Under the pieces are notes generated by a model, which saw only the letters and a program-made list of their open reading frames with translations, searched no databases and had not been told where the DNA came from. Positions 28,216 through 37,645 of a DNA stretch of 64,000 bases are shown here, piece after piece. Both the position numbers and the translations under genes were made by a program. Source of the stretch: Elusimicrobiota bacterium. Lineage in GTDB: Bacteria > Elusimicrobiota > Elusimicrobia > F11. Each line of letters begins with the position of its first letter. Position 1 is the first letter of the stretch. The stretch lies in the NCBI GenBank assembly GCA_044221725.1, contig JBGAON010000001.1:576001-640000 (forward strand), read 5' to 3'.

Positions 28216-29369
28216 AGATCGGTGTTTCCGGAATCGGTCTCGTCACGCCTCTCGGTTCGTCGCGCGAAAAAACGTGGCGCGCGCTCATCGACGGAAAAAG
28301 TGCCATTCAAAAAACGGCCGATGGCTACGAAGCCCGTATCTACGATTTCTCACCCAACGGTGCTCGCTCGCGCATGGGAGATTTTGCCATCCTCGCGGCC
28401 GCCGAAGCGCTCCGTCACGCGGGCATAGACCCAGAAGATATTCGCGGCTCGAACATCGGTTGCGCGGTGAGCCAGAGCAAACCGATCATCCATATTCCTG
28501 CATTTGAAAAAACGGTTCCCCTCCCCGTAAGGGGAACTGTCGGTTTGGACGCTTCACTCGTTCTTTCGTCCTTTTTCGGTTGGTCCTCGGAATCTGTTGT
28601 CGCGCGGGAGTTTGGTCTTGAAGGGCCGTCATCGAACGTGATTGCGGCGTGTGCGACCGGTGTTGCATCGATTCAATTGGGTGTTAATTGGATAACGAGC
28701 GGACAATGCGACATTGCGCTCGTTGGGGCGGCCGAATCAAGTTTGAATTCGTTTTATCGCGCGGGTTTCCGTCAGATGGGTGTGCTGACGGATAAATTGC
28801 CGAAGCCGTTTGACCGAGACCGCAGTGGATTCGTCATGGGCGAGGGCGCGGCCGTGCTCGTGCTTGAGAGCGAAGCGTCGCTTAAAAAACGCGCTCATAC
28901 TCCGGTCGCCTATGTTTTGAACACGGTGCTGCGGCAGTCGACGGCGGACATCTTGCGTTTTGATCCGAGCGGCGATTCGGTGGCCGAACTCATCAGACAG
29001 TGCGTGAGAAGATCTGAAATTCCTGATTACATTAACGCGCATGGAACTGGCACCGTGTTTAACGATCTCGTTGAGACGCGCGGCATAAAGAAAGCGTTTG
29101 GTGCGGGCGCGACGAACATCGCCGTCAGTTCGACAAAAGCCGCAACGGGACATTTGTTGGGCGCGGCCGGCGCGGCCGAAGCGGCGATTGCGGTGCTCGC
29201 CGTTCGTGACCACGTGGTGCCGCCAACGCTCAATTGGACGAACGCTGATCCGGAATGCGACTTGCACTACGTCCCTCAGCATTCGAAAAAACAGAAAGTG
29301 GCGGCCGCCATGTCCTTGTCCTATGGATTCGGGGGGCAAATGGGCGCCGTTCTTTTCGAGAACGTATGA
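28212..29369 (+). CDS. FabF-like beta-ketoacyl synthase
   Basis: Cys-His-His triad in AACATG, NAHGTGT and KAATGHLLGAAG; PFD..R.GFVMGEGA; SYGFGG. Confidence 0.88.
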   Translation: MKIGVSGIGLVTPLGSSREKTWRALIDGKSAIQKTADGYEARIYDFSPNGARSRMGDFAILAAAEALRHAGIDPEDIRGSNIGCAVSQSKPIIHIPAFEKTVPLPVRGTVGLDASLVLSSFFGWSSESVVAREFGLEGPSSNVIAACATGVASIQLGVNWITSGQCDIALVGAAESSLNSFYRAGFRQMGVLTDKLPKPFDRDRSGFVMGEGAAVLVLESEASLKKRAHTPVAYVLNTVLRQSTADILRFDPSGDSVAELIRQCVRRSEIPDYINAHGTGTVFNDLVETRGIKKAFGAGATNIAVSSTKAATGHLLGAAGAAEAAIAVLAVRDHVVPPTLNWTNADPECDLHYVPQHSKKQKVAAAMSLSYGFGGQMGAVLFENV

Positions 29370-30505
29370 TCAACGATGAGCTTGAAAGTGAATTGAATGA
29401 ATTTCGGGCGAAAGGTCTCGCGCGTCGGTTGCGCGTGCGCGACACATCGTCACTCATCAATTTCTCATCCAACGATTATCTCGGATTGGCGAGCGATGCA
29501 CGGGTGACCGAGGCCGCCGCGCAGGCGCTTTCAAAATTTGGCGTTGGCGGCACGGCCTCGCGTCTCATCGCTGGCACCGTTTCTGTCCACGACGAGTTCG
29601 AGAAAGCCATCGCAAGATTTTTAGCGAAACAAGCAGCGCTTTTGTTTCCGTCGGGTTATCACGTCAACACGGGCGTGATCCCGGCTCTCGTGTCAGTCAA
29701 AGATGTTGTGTTCTTCGATCGACTTTCGCACGCGTCAATTATTGATGGCGTCCGACTTTCCGGAGCTCATTTCTTCGCGTTCGATCACAACAATACCGCG
29801 GACCTTGAAGCACGATTGAAGAAGCAACGCGCAAAAGGCCGACGGGCGCTTATTGTTACCGAAGGAATCTTCTCGATGGATGGCGACGAATCTCCGATAC
29901 ATCAAATCGTTGATCTCGCACACCGGTTCGATACGTGGACATATCTGGATGAGGCGCATTCGATCGGAGTGGTGGGCCCGTCGGGCTGCGGACTCGCCGC
30001 GAACCAGCACGTGCTTGATTCGATTGATGTGCACGTCGGAACGTTGTCAAAAACATTGGGCTCCCAAGGTGGATTTGTCGCGGGCTCGCAAACTCTGATC
30101 GACTTTTTGGTCACGCGCTGCCGTTCGTTCGCGTACACAACGGCGCTTGCCCCCGCCATGGCCGCAGCGGGACTGGCCGCGCTGGAACGATTGCCGAGTC
30201 TCGATGACGAACGCCGCGAGCTTCTTTCTCATTCCGAAAGAATTCGACGTGAATTGTCTGCGGCCGGGTTTGTCTGCGGAAACAGCCGCTCGCAAATTAT
30301 TCCTGTGCTGACGCGTTCGCTCGAAGCGACGACAGCGCTTTCGGAATATTTATTGTCGAAAGGTTTTTTTGTACCGTCCATTCGTCCTCCCACCGTTCCG
30401 GTGGGGGAAGCTCGGGTTCGGCTTTCGATTTCGTTGCCCGTGCTCAAGCACACAGACGCTTTGATCAAGGCCTTCAAAGGAGGACCTGTTGTCGCACGAA
30501 GTTAA
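29366..30505 (+). CDS. bioF: 8-amino-7-oxononanoate synthase
   Basis: NFSSNDYLGL, HASIIDG, FSMDGD, DEAH, GTLSK, IRPPTVP; ATG overlaps the fabF-like stop. Confidence 0.93.
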   Translation: MINDELESELNEFRAKGLARRLRVRDTSSLINFSSNDYLGLASDARVTEAAAQALSKFGVGGTASRLIAGTVSVHDEFEKAIARFLAKQAALLFPSGYHVNTGVIPALVSVKDVVFFDRLSHASIIDGVRLSGAHFFAFDHNNTADLEARLKKQRAKGRRALIVTEGIFSMDGDESPIHQIVDLAHRFDTWTYLDEAHSIGVVGPSGCGLAANQHVLDSIDVHVGTLSKTLGSQGGFVAGSQTLIDFLVTRCRSFAYTTALAPAMAAAGLAALERLPSLDDERRELLSHSERIRRELSAAGFVCGNSRSQIIPVLTRSLEATTALSEYLLSKGFFVPSIRPPTVPVGEARVRLSISLPVLKHTDALIKAFKGGPVVARS

Positions 30506-31211
30506 CGGCGTGTTCGTTACTGGCACGGACACCGATTGCGGAAAAACCATCATTGCCGGCGGAATTGCGCGCGCGCTTTTGCACAAAGGGTACAACGTCG
30601 GTGTGATGAAGCCGGTGGCGACCTGGGGCGACCCGCGACGCGAGCCGGGCGGGCGTCAACGCTGGATATCCGACGACGCTCTTCACTTGCGCCAAGCGGC
30701 GGCCACAAGCGATTCGCTCGACCTCATTAATCCCATTTGTTTCAAAGCGGCTATGGCACCGTGGCCCGCTGCACGCCTCGAGAAGAAAGTCATCGATCTT
30801 AATCGCGTGACGAATGCCTATAAAGAGTTGTGCCGACGGCACACGTTTCTCGTCGTCGAAGGGGTGGGCGGCCTCATGGTTCCGCTGAAACGCGATTTTT
30901 TTGTTCTCGACTTAATCCAGCGCATGAAGCTTGCGGCGGTCGTCGTTGCGAACCCGGATCTTGGAACGTTGAATCACACATTGCTCACGGTAAACGCGCT
31001 TAAGCGCGCCGGTATCCCATTGTCGGGCGTTATCATTAATAACTATCAAGGAAAAACGCGCGCCGAACAAACGAATCCGCATGTGCTGCGAAAAATTTTG
31101 GATCGCAAGGTCATGGTGGTGCCTCACAACCCAAGTTTTACGAAAGAGTTTGATTCGCTCGCACGTCTGTTGGCGAAACAAGGATTGTTCAACTGGCCGC
31201 ACCTGCCGTAA
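30489..31211 (+). CDS. bioD: Dethiobiotin synthase
   Basis: FVTGTDTDCGKT, KPVA, VEGVGG, LGTLNHTLL. Confidence 0.95.
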   Translation: MSHEVNGVFVTGTDTDCGKTIIAGGIARALLHKGYNVGVMKPVATWGDPRREPGGRQRWISDDALHLRQAAATSDSLDLINPICFKAAMAPWPAARLEKKVIDLNRVTNAYKELCRRHTFLVVEGVGGLMVPLKRDFFVLDLIQRMKLAAVVVANPDLGTLNHTLLTVNALKRAGIPLSGVIINNYQGKTRAEQTNPHVLRKILDRKVMVVPHNPSFTKEFDSLARLLAKQGLFNWPHLP

Positions 31212-31891
31212 TGCTCACGCGCTTTCTTTCGCCGCGCCGCTCCCTCGTTTCGGTCGCCTCAGTTTTCTTTTTTGGGCCGTTGCTGCTCGCCGCACCCAAG
31301 CAAGTTTCCTTTAAGACGCCCGATGGCACGTCGCTCGTGGCAATTTATTCCGCGCCGTCCGCGGGGAAGGGCACAATAGTTCTTCTGCACGGTCTTGCTT
31401 CGGGAAAAGGAGAATGGACTCCGCTAATCGATGTGCTAGCCAAAAACGGTTTTGGCGCGCTGGCATACGATATGCGGGCGCCCGGAACGCCCTGGCAGAA
31501 GTTGGTGGACGATGTCGGTGCGGCCGTGCGGTATCTTGAAGAGAAACAACATCTGAAGCGGCAGGACATTTTTGTTGGAGGAGCGAGTCTCGGCGCTAAC
31601 GTAAGTTTGCGGTATGCCACACTCACCGGCGTGGGGAAAGCCGTTTTGTTGTTATCGCCGGGTATAAATTATCAAGGCCTCACCACCGAAGACGCCGTTG
31701 TGCGCGCGACGCAGCCCGTGCTCATCGTGGCGAGCGAAAGCGACACGTATGCATATACGAGTTCCGTCCGTTTGGCATCGCTTTCACCGAAAGTTGTTTA
31801 TTGGACGAGCAGAAAGGCCGGGCATGGTGTGCAAATGTTCGATGACGATTTGCTGGCCCGAATCACTCAGTGGCTTACCGCGCAAAAGTAA
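31211..31891 (+). CDS. Alpha/beta hydrolase, possibly exported
   Basis: LLHG, GASLG nucleophile elbow, Asp in SESD, GHG; hydrophobic N-terminus. Confidence 0.8.
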   Translation: MLTRFLSPRRSLVSVASVFFFGPLLLAAPKQVSFKTPDGTSLVAIYSAPSAGKGTIVLLHGLASGKGEWTPLIDVLAKNGFGALAYDMRAPGTPWQKLVDDVGAAVRYLEEKQHLKRQDIFVGGASLGANVSLRYATLTGVGKAVLLLSPGINYQGLTTEDAVVRATQPVLIVASESDTYAYTSSVRLASLSPKVVYWTSRKAGHGVQMFDDDLLARITQWLTAQK

Positions 31892-33306
31892 ACCGGCAAT
31901 TCCAACGCTGGGACAAAAGATACCTGTGGCACCCATTCACGCAGCAATACGAATGGGAGAAAGATAATCCGATCGTCGTTGCGTCCGGGAGCGGCTCTTA
32001 TTTCCGCGATGTTGCCGGAAAGAAATATCTCGACGGTGTCTCCTCTTTGTGGGTGAATCTTCACGGCCACCGCGTTCCGGCGCTTGACCGCGCGCTCAAG
32101 CAGCAAATCGCGCGAATCTCTCATTCCACGTTCCTCGGCCTTTCGCACGCGCCGGCCATACAATTGGCGCGCGAGTTGGCCGCCGCAGCGCCCCGTGGGC
32201 TCGTGCGCACGTTCTATTCGGACAATGGGGCCACCGCTGTCGAGGTTGCACTCAAGATGGCCTATCAATATTGGATCGAAAAGGATGGCAACGCGCGGCC
32301 AGAATTCTTGGCCGTCGAAGGATCGTATCACGGCGACACGATCGGCGCGGTATCGGTCGGCGGCATCGGTGCGTTCCATTCGAAATTCAAGCCGCTGTTG
32401 TTCAAAACAAATTTCGCGATGGCGCCCGCTTGCGTGCGTTGTCCATTTAATAAGACCGGTGTGCGTCAGCGCGCGCGCTGCGGCGAGATAACGAAATTGG
32501 TTCCGAAACCGGGGCAGTTTCGCGCGGAAACCGGTTGTCGTTGGGAATGCTTGAAAAGCATCGAAACAATTTTGATATCGAAAAAGAATCGCATCGCGGG
32601 GGGAATCGTTGAGCCCGTGATGCAAGGCGCCGGTGGAATGAACGTTCTTCCGCCCGGGTATGTGGCCGGGTTCCGGCGTCTCCTAACGCGGCACAGCGTG
32701 CTCATGATCGCCGACGAAGTCGCCACCGGTTTCGGTCGCACGGGCACTCTATTTGCGTCCGAGCAGGAACGCGTTTCTCCGGACATGCTGTGCGTGGCCA
32801 AAGCGCTCACCGGCGGTTATACGCCGCTTGCCGCTACATTAACCACCGAAAAAGTCTACCGAGCGTTCCGCGCGCCCTATGAAAAATTCAAAACTTTTTT
32901 CCACGGACACAGTTATACAGCGCACCCGCTTGGATGTGCGGTGGCCCGTGCCAATTTGCGGCTGATTGAATCGACGAAACTCCTTGAAAAAACACGTCGG
33001 AAAGCCCATCTTTTGAAGGATGAACTCGAACGTCTGTCCACTCTTGACCACGTCGGAAGTATCCGCCAAGCGGGCCTCATGATTGGTGTGGAATTGGTGG
33101 CCGAAAAGCCAACCATGAAACCTTATGCTTCCGCGTTGCGCATGGGCACCCGTGTTTGCAAGAGGCTGCTGGCCGACGGCATATGGCTTCGGCCTCTGGG
33201 CAATGTGGTGGTCATTATGCCGCCGGCGGTTACGAGCGATGCGGATCTGCGTCGCATCGTGCGCGCGCTTAAGGGCGCAATCCTTCATGAGTGCGGCTCA
33301 ACTTAA
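31870..33306 (+). CDS. bioA: Adenosylmethionine-8-amino-7-oxononanoate aminotransferase
   Basis: LWHPFTQ, SLWVNLHGH, YHGDT, ADEVATGFGRTG, AKALTGG, HGHSY. Confidence 0.95.
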   Translation: MAYRAKVNRQFQRWDKRYLWHPFTQQYEWEKDNPIVVASGSGSYFRDVAGKKYLDGVSSLWVNLHGHRVPALDRALKQQIARISHSTFLGLSHAPAIQLARELAAAAPRGLVRTFYSDNGATAVEVALKMAYQYWIEKDGNARPEFLAVEGSYHGDTIGAVSVGGIGAFHSKFKPLLFKTNFAMAPACVRCPFNKTGVRQRARCGEITKLVPKPGQFRAETGCRWECLKSIETILISKKNRIAGGIVEPVMQGAGGMNVLPPGYVAGFRRLLTRHSVLMIADEVATGFGRTGTLFASEQERVSPDMLCVAKALTGGYTPLAATLTTEKVYRAFRAPYEKFKTFFHGHSYTAHPLGCAVARANLRLIESTKLLEKTRRKAHLLKDELERLSTLDHVGSIRQAGLMIGVELVAEKPTMKPYASALRMGTRVCKRLLADGIWLRPLGNVVVIMPPAVTSDADLRRIVRALKGAILHECGST

Positions 33307-34396
33307 CCAACTGTTCGTCATCCTCGCTGTTGCGATGACGATTGTGGGTTTCGCGGTCGTCGGAATGCTGCACGGCAAACTCACCGCGCTCACCGTTCGA
33401 CGGAACGTGCAACAAGACGACGTTGCCAAGCAGAGCCGTTTGTTGCAGCAAGAAATTGCGTTTTACGAGGACCGTAAAACCGTCCTCGCGAAGCACGCGT
33501 CCCAGCGGCGCGTATTGTCGGAAGCCGCGCGCGGTTTTGGTGCGCTGCTCGATCCCTCGGCGATTCAAGAGAAGCTCATTCAAATATCTCGCATATTGTT
33601 TCCTTCTCAGCCGGTCATGATCTCCTACGGCCAAAAACCCGATGCGGCCGATGCGTACGTGGTGGAGCGGCGCCAACCTTTGATGGTTCCGAGCGATGCC
33701 ATGAAGGGCGTACCGATGTTGGCGGTGCCGGTGTCGGCGCAGCAATCGGTGGTTGGAATCTTGCGGGTTGGGGGCGACGGTCAGGCACCGAATGGGGGAT
33801 ACAGTCGCGACGACCTACGGCTATTGGAAATTCTTGCGAACTTGGCGTCGCTTGCGATGGACAACTGCGTACTCTTTCATCAAGTGCAGCAAACGGCGCT
33901 GCGCGATAATCTGACGGGACTCCTCACCAACCGTGCGTTCCAGGCGGAGCTCGAGCAGGCGGTGTTGGAGGCCAGCCGTTACGGCCAGCCGCTGTCGCTG
34001 ATCTTGGCCGACGTGGACCATTTCAAATTGGTGAATGACACGCACGGACATCAGGCCGGCGATCAAATTCTTCAAGGCGTCGCGCACGTCTTGGATCAAA
34101 ACGCGCGGCCCGTGGACATCATTGCGCGCTATGGCGGCGAAGAATTTGCGATTTTGCTTTTGCAAACCCCGCACCGCGAAGCGGTTCAGATGGCCGAACA
34201 GATTCGGCGCGAAATTGGCCAGCAAGTTTTTGATCTCGGAGGTCAGCGAACGTTGTCGATCACGAGCAGTTTCGGGGTCGCCACGTTTCCCGAGGATGCT
34301 ACGAGCGGTCAGCAGTTGTTTCGCCAAGCCGATCAGCGCCTCTACAAGGCGAAAGCCGGTGGGCGTAACCAAGTGCAAGCGCGGCCGGAACGATGA
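33287..34396 (+). CDS. Membrane-anchored GAF-like/GGDEF diguanylate cyclase with RxxD I-site
   Basis: N-terminal TM segment, D.LTGL, DVDHFK..ND, RPVD....YGGEEF. Confidence 0.9.
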   Translation: MSAAQLNQLFVILAVAMTIVGFAVVGMLHGKLTALTVRRNVQQDDVAKQSRLLQQEIAFYEDRKTVLAKHASQRRVLSEAARGFGALLDPSAIQEKLIQISRILFPSQPVMISYGQKPDAADAYVVERRQPLMVPSDAMKGVPMLAVPVSAQQSVVGILRVGGDGQAPNGGYSRDDLRLLEILANLASLAMDNCVLFHQVQQTALRDNLTGLLTNRAFQAELEQAVLEASRYGQPLSLILADVDHFKLVNDTHGHQAGDQILQGVAHVLDQNARPVDIIARYGGEEFAILLLQTPHREAVQMAEQIRREIGQQVFDLGGQRTLSITSSFGVATFPEDATSGQQLFRQADQRLYKAKAGGRNQVQARPER

Positions 34397-35508
34397 GCGG
34401 AATTTTTTTGCCAGCCTACGTCGGAATCGTGACGGTTGCGATTCTCGTCTATGTGATTGTGATTCGAATCAAAATGAGCCGCCTGCAACAAGCGCTCGCT
34501 GGCGGTGACCGAGCACACTTCGATGAGTTGAAGAAAAGGCACATGGTCTTAAAAGACTCCGTGGCGATCGCGGAGCGCGAGGAACAGCGTTCGCTCCAAA
34601 TTTACGGGGTCGCAAAATCACTGGCCGAATCGCTCTCTTGGAAGGATATGGCACCGCGGTTGTCGCAGGGAATTCAGAAGATCTTCGGTGCCTATGAATT
34701 TTTGTTGTACGCGCGGGAGGAATCCGGACACTGGACACAGCTGCAGCGACGCGGCAATTGGAGCAAAGAACCTCCCGTATCCGATATCGATCGGGCGCTG
34801 CCCGGTTTCCTGCACGCGCCACAGGTACAAGAAATTGTGCCAATTCAGCTCGTGCCCGTTTATTCGGACGTGGGCGGGACGCGGCGACAAACCGGAGCGC
34901 TCTTTTTGAAATCCGATAAGAACGCTTCGCAGGAAAACTTGGACGCGGCCGAGGAATTCGGCGCGCAGTTGGGCGTGGCGTTGTCGAAGGCGCTTCTGTT
35001 CAATCAAATGGAAATGCATTCGCGCCAAGACGGATTGACAGGGACATTGCGACGTCAGGCGTTCATGGACCGGCTGAACGAAGAATTGAAACGCGCCGCT
35101 GCGTTTCGAACACCGTTCAGCTTGCTGATGGTCGACATTGACCATTTTAAAGCCGTGAACGATGGGCACGGTCACGCGGCCGGCGACGCCGTGCTAGCGC
35201 GCGTTGGCGAAATATTAAAGGAATCGTTCTATGAGACCGATGTGGTGGGTCGCTACGGTGGAGAAGAGTTTATTGTTCTTTTGCCTCGCGCCGATGCGAT
35301 CGGCGTCGTTCGCAAAGCCGAAGCGCTGCGGCAACGTTTTGAATCGGAGATTATTCCATCAGGATTTGAAAATTTGAAGATCACCGTGAGCATCGGGCTC
35401 GCTCATTTCTCGAAGGATGGGAAAACCGGGGAAGACCTTATTGCATCCGCCGACCGTGCTTTGTACCGAGCCAAACAAACCGGCCGCAACCGCGTTGTAG
35501 CGGCTTAA
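34393..35508 (+). CDS. Membrane-anchored GGDEF diguanylate cyclase without RxxD I-site
   Basis: N-terminal TM segment, DIDHFK..ND, YETD....YGGEEF. Confidence 0.9.
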   Translation: MSGIFLPAYVGIVTVAILVYVIVIRIKMSRLQQALAGGDRAHFDELKKRHMVLKDSVAIAEREEQRSLQIYGVAKSLAESLSWKDMAPRLSQGIQKIFGAYEFLLYAREESGHWTQLQRRGNWSKEPPVSDIDRALPGFLHAPQVQEIVPIQLVPVYSDVGGTRRQTGALFLKSDKNASQENLDAAEEFGAQLGVALSKALLFNQMEMHSRQDGLTGTLRRQAFMDRLNEELKRAAAFRTPFSLLMVDIDHFKAVNDGHGHAAGDAVLARVGEILKESFYETDVVGRYGGEEFIVLLPRADAIGVVRKAEALRQRFESEIIPSGFENLKITVSIGLAHFSKDGKTGEDLIASADRALYRAKQTGRNRVVAA

Positions 35509-35861
35509 CGTTCCTCGTCAAACTTACCGAAGAAATTCTGAAAACCCGCGAGCACCGCTTTTGTTGCGATAGGAAAAACTTGCTTAATAATGAGAGCACC
35601 GACCAAACCCATGATACGACCGGTCCAACCGCCCTTTTTCTTGCTCGAGGTCACAGCGCCGAAAATTTGCCGGCCGAACTTGAATGCCGCGATGCCGGAG
35701 AATATACCGCCAAGAATCCAACCCGGGTGTTTGAGAAAATTCATTGGTGATACGTGTGAAAGCGCTGCATCGCGTAGACCAGCGGTGCTGTCGTGCAGAC
35801 GTTTCTTTTTGATTTCGGTGTCGGATTTAAGTTCGGAGATTCGGATTGGGGGGAAGATCAT
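35505..35861 (-). CDS. Hypothetical membrane protein (YqjK/DUF3618-like partner)
   Basis: Coupled to the upstream YqjE-like gene; HP-hydrophobic segment. Confidence 0.55.
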   Translation of the reverse strand: MIFPPIRISELKSDTEIKKKRLHDSTAGLRDAALSHVSPMNFLKHPGWILGGIFSGIAAFKFGRQIFGAVTSSKKKGGWTGRIMGLVGALIIKQVFPIATKAVLAGFQNFFGKFDEER

Positions 35862-36196
35862 GACGAGAGTCGGCTTAGCCAGCGTGCCACATACCCGCCC
35901 AAGCCGAGACTAATCACCCCATAGACCGCCCCGATAATAAGGAGGGACCACGCGGCGGAACCGGTCACGTGCGAAAGCCAGATGCCAAAAGCAATGCTCA
36001 CCAACACAAATGCGGTAAGGCCCGACACGATCGCGAAGAAAATCATCAGCACGAACATAAGGCTCGATAGCGCCATCGCTGTCATCTGGGCTTGCAGCAA
36101 GCGTAACACGCTGGCCGCGTAATCGATCGCGTCGCGCACGACGCGGCGTAGTTGATCGATCAGTGAACCCGTTTGGTTGGAGGACTCTTCCTTCAT
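35858..36196 (-). CDS. YqjE-like (Phage_holin_3_6) membrane protein
   Basis: Amphipathic N-terminal helix followed by two TM helices; AGGA RBS. Confidence 0.6.
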   Translation of the reverse strand: MKEESSNQTGSLIDQLRRVVRDAIDYAASVLRLLQAQMTAMALSSLMFVLMIFFAIVSGLTAFVLVSIAFGIWLSHVTGSAAWSLLIIGAVYGVISLGLGGYVARWLSRLSS

Positions 36197-36277
36197 ATTC
36201 CTGTGTATAGTATAGCTTTGGAAAATCAGATAACATGATTTTTCTTCAGAACAAAATCCCGAGAAAAGGACACGAAC

Positions 36278-36895
36278 ATGAAAAAGTTTCCGCTTTTGAT
36301 GTTGGCCTCAGCGTTGGTGGTTTCAATTCCATTTTCTTCCTTTGCCGAATCAAAAAAGGAGAAAACTCCCGCCATGACAAAGACGTCGCAGAACCCAACC
36401 GCCGTATTTGAAACGAGCCTTGGTAATTTTACCGTCGAACTGTTCCAGCAAGATGCGCCGAAGACCGTCGAGAACTTCGTTGGTCTAGCGAAGGGAACAA
36501 AAGAGTTCACGGACCCTAAAACCGGCTTGAAAGTGAAACGCCCGTTGTACAACGGACTTGTTTTTCACCGCGTCATTCCGGACTTCATGATCCAAGGTGG
36601 CGATCCTCTCGGCAATGGCACCGGCGGTCCGGGCTATCAGTTCGAAGATGAATTTAATTCGCCGCGCACGTTCGACAAACCCGGAATTTTGGCCATGGCC
36701 AATGCAGGACCAAACACCAATGGCAGCCAATTCTTCATTACCGTTGCCGCAACGCCGTGGCTGAACAAGCATCACACAATTTTTGGTCAGGTTACACAGG
36801 GCTATGACGTCGTCGAAAAAATCAGCAAAGTTCAACGCGACGGGAACGATCGGCCGCTGACGCCGGTTACAATCACGAAAGTCACCATTAAATAA
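36278..36895 (+). CDS. Exported cyclophilin-type peptidyl-prolyl isomerase
   Basis: [38 protein letters not shown]; signal peptide. Confidence 0.95.
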   Translation: MKKFPLLMLASALVVSIPFSSFAESKKEKTPAMTKTSQNPTAVFETSLGNFTVELFQQDAPKTVENFVGLAKGTKEFTDPKTGLKVKRPLYNGLVFHRVIPDFMIQGGDPLGNGTGGPGYQFEDEFNSPRTFDKPGILAMANAGPNTNGSQFFITVAATPWLNKHHTIFGQVTQGYDVVEKISKVQRDGNDRPLTPVTITKVTIK

Positions 36896-36905
36896 GGAGA
36901 GTTTT

Positions 36906-37487
36906 ATGAGCTTAGTTCAAAAATCAGCACCAGAATTCAAAGGGAAAGCCGTGGTTGGTCACGAATTCCGTGATATCTCGCTTTCGCAATACAAAGGGAA
37001 ATGGGCCATTCTTTTTTTCTATCCGCTCGATTTCACGTTTGTTTGTCCGACCGAAATTGTCGACTTTTCCGACAAAGTAGAGGAATTTAAGAAGTTAAAT
37101 GCCGAAATAATCGGTTGTTCCGTCGATAGCCATTACACCCACCTTGCCTGGATTAACACGCCTAGAAAAGAAGGCGGCTTGGGCGAAATCAAATATCCGC
37201 TGCTTTCCGACCTGAATAAAGATATCGCCCGTGATTATGGCGTTCTTGCGGACGGTGGTCTCGCACTGCGCGGTCTTTTCATCATTAATCCGAAGGGTCA
37301 AATCGTATATGAAGTGGTACACGACCTCGCCGTCGGTCGGAATCCGGATGAAACTTTAAGGGTACTCGCTGCGTTCCAACAGGTGGAGAAAACAGGCGAA
37401 GTTTGCCCTTCCAGCTGGAAACCAGGCGCGAAAACAATGAAGGCTGACCCCGTCGGAGCGAAAGAATACTTCGCGGGCGTGAAATAG
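36906..37487 (+). CDS. ahpC: Typical 2-Cys peroxiredoxin (AhpC/Prx1)
   Basis: [22 protein letters not shown]. Confidence 0.93.
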   Translation: MSLVQKSAPEFKGKAVVGHEFRDISLSQYKGKWAILFFYPLDFTFVCPTEIVDFSDKVEEFKKLNAEIIGCSVDSHYTHLAWINTPRKEGGLGEIKYPLLSDLNKDIARDYGVLADGGLALRGLFIINPKGQIVYEVVHDLAVGRNPDETLRVLAAFQQVEKTGEVCPSSWKPGAKTMKADPVGAKEYFAGVK

Positions 37488-37519
37488 ATTAAGCATTAAA
37501 ATTTTTTAGGAGGTGCATT

Positions 37520-37549
37520 ATGGGTCCGAAAAGTCCTTGCGGGTGCTAA
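37520..37549 (+). CDS. Putative 9-aa micropeptide MGPKSPCGC
   Basis: AGGAGG RBS at 37508-37513, 6 nt before the ATG; lies upstream of the operon terminator. Confidence 0.45.
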   Translation: MGPKSPCGC

Positions 37550-37570
37550 ACCCCCAATAGAATTACCACC

Positions 37571-37620
37571 GAAACGGCCTTCTCGCTGAATGATTGGCGA
37601 GAGGGCCGTTTCTTTTTGTT
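37571..37620 (+). terminator. Intrinsic terminator
   Basis: GAAACGGCCTTCTCGC / GCGAGAGGGCCGTTTC stem followed by TTTTTGTT. Confidence 0.85.
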
Positions 37621-37645
37621 CTAACACCGAGTAAGATCACGTTTT

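Noticed and set aside
35858..36196. Holin as a prophage marker
   Set aside because: YqjE-like proteins are commonly chromosomal, and no phage genes are nearby.
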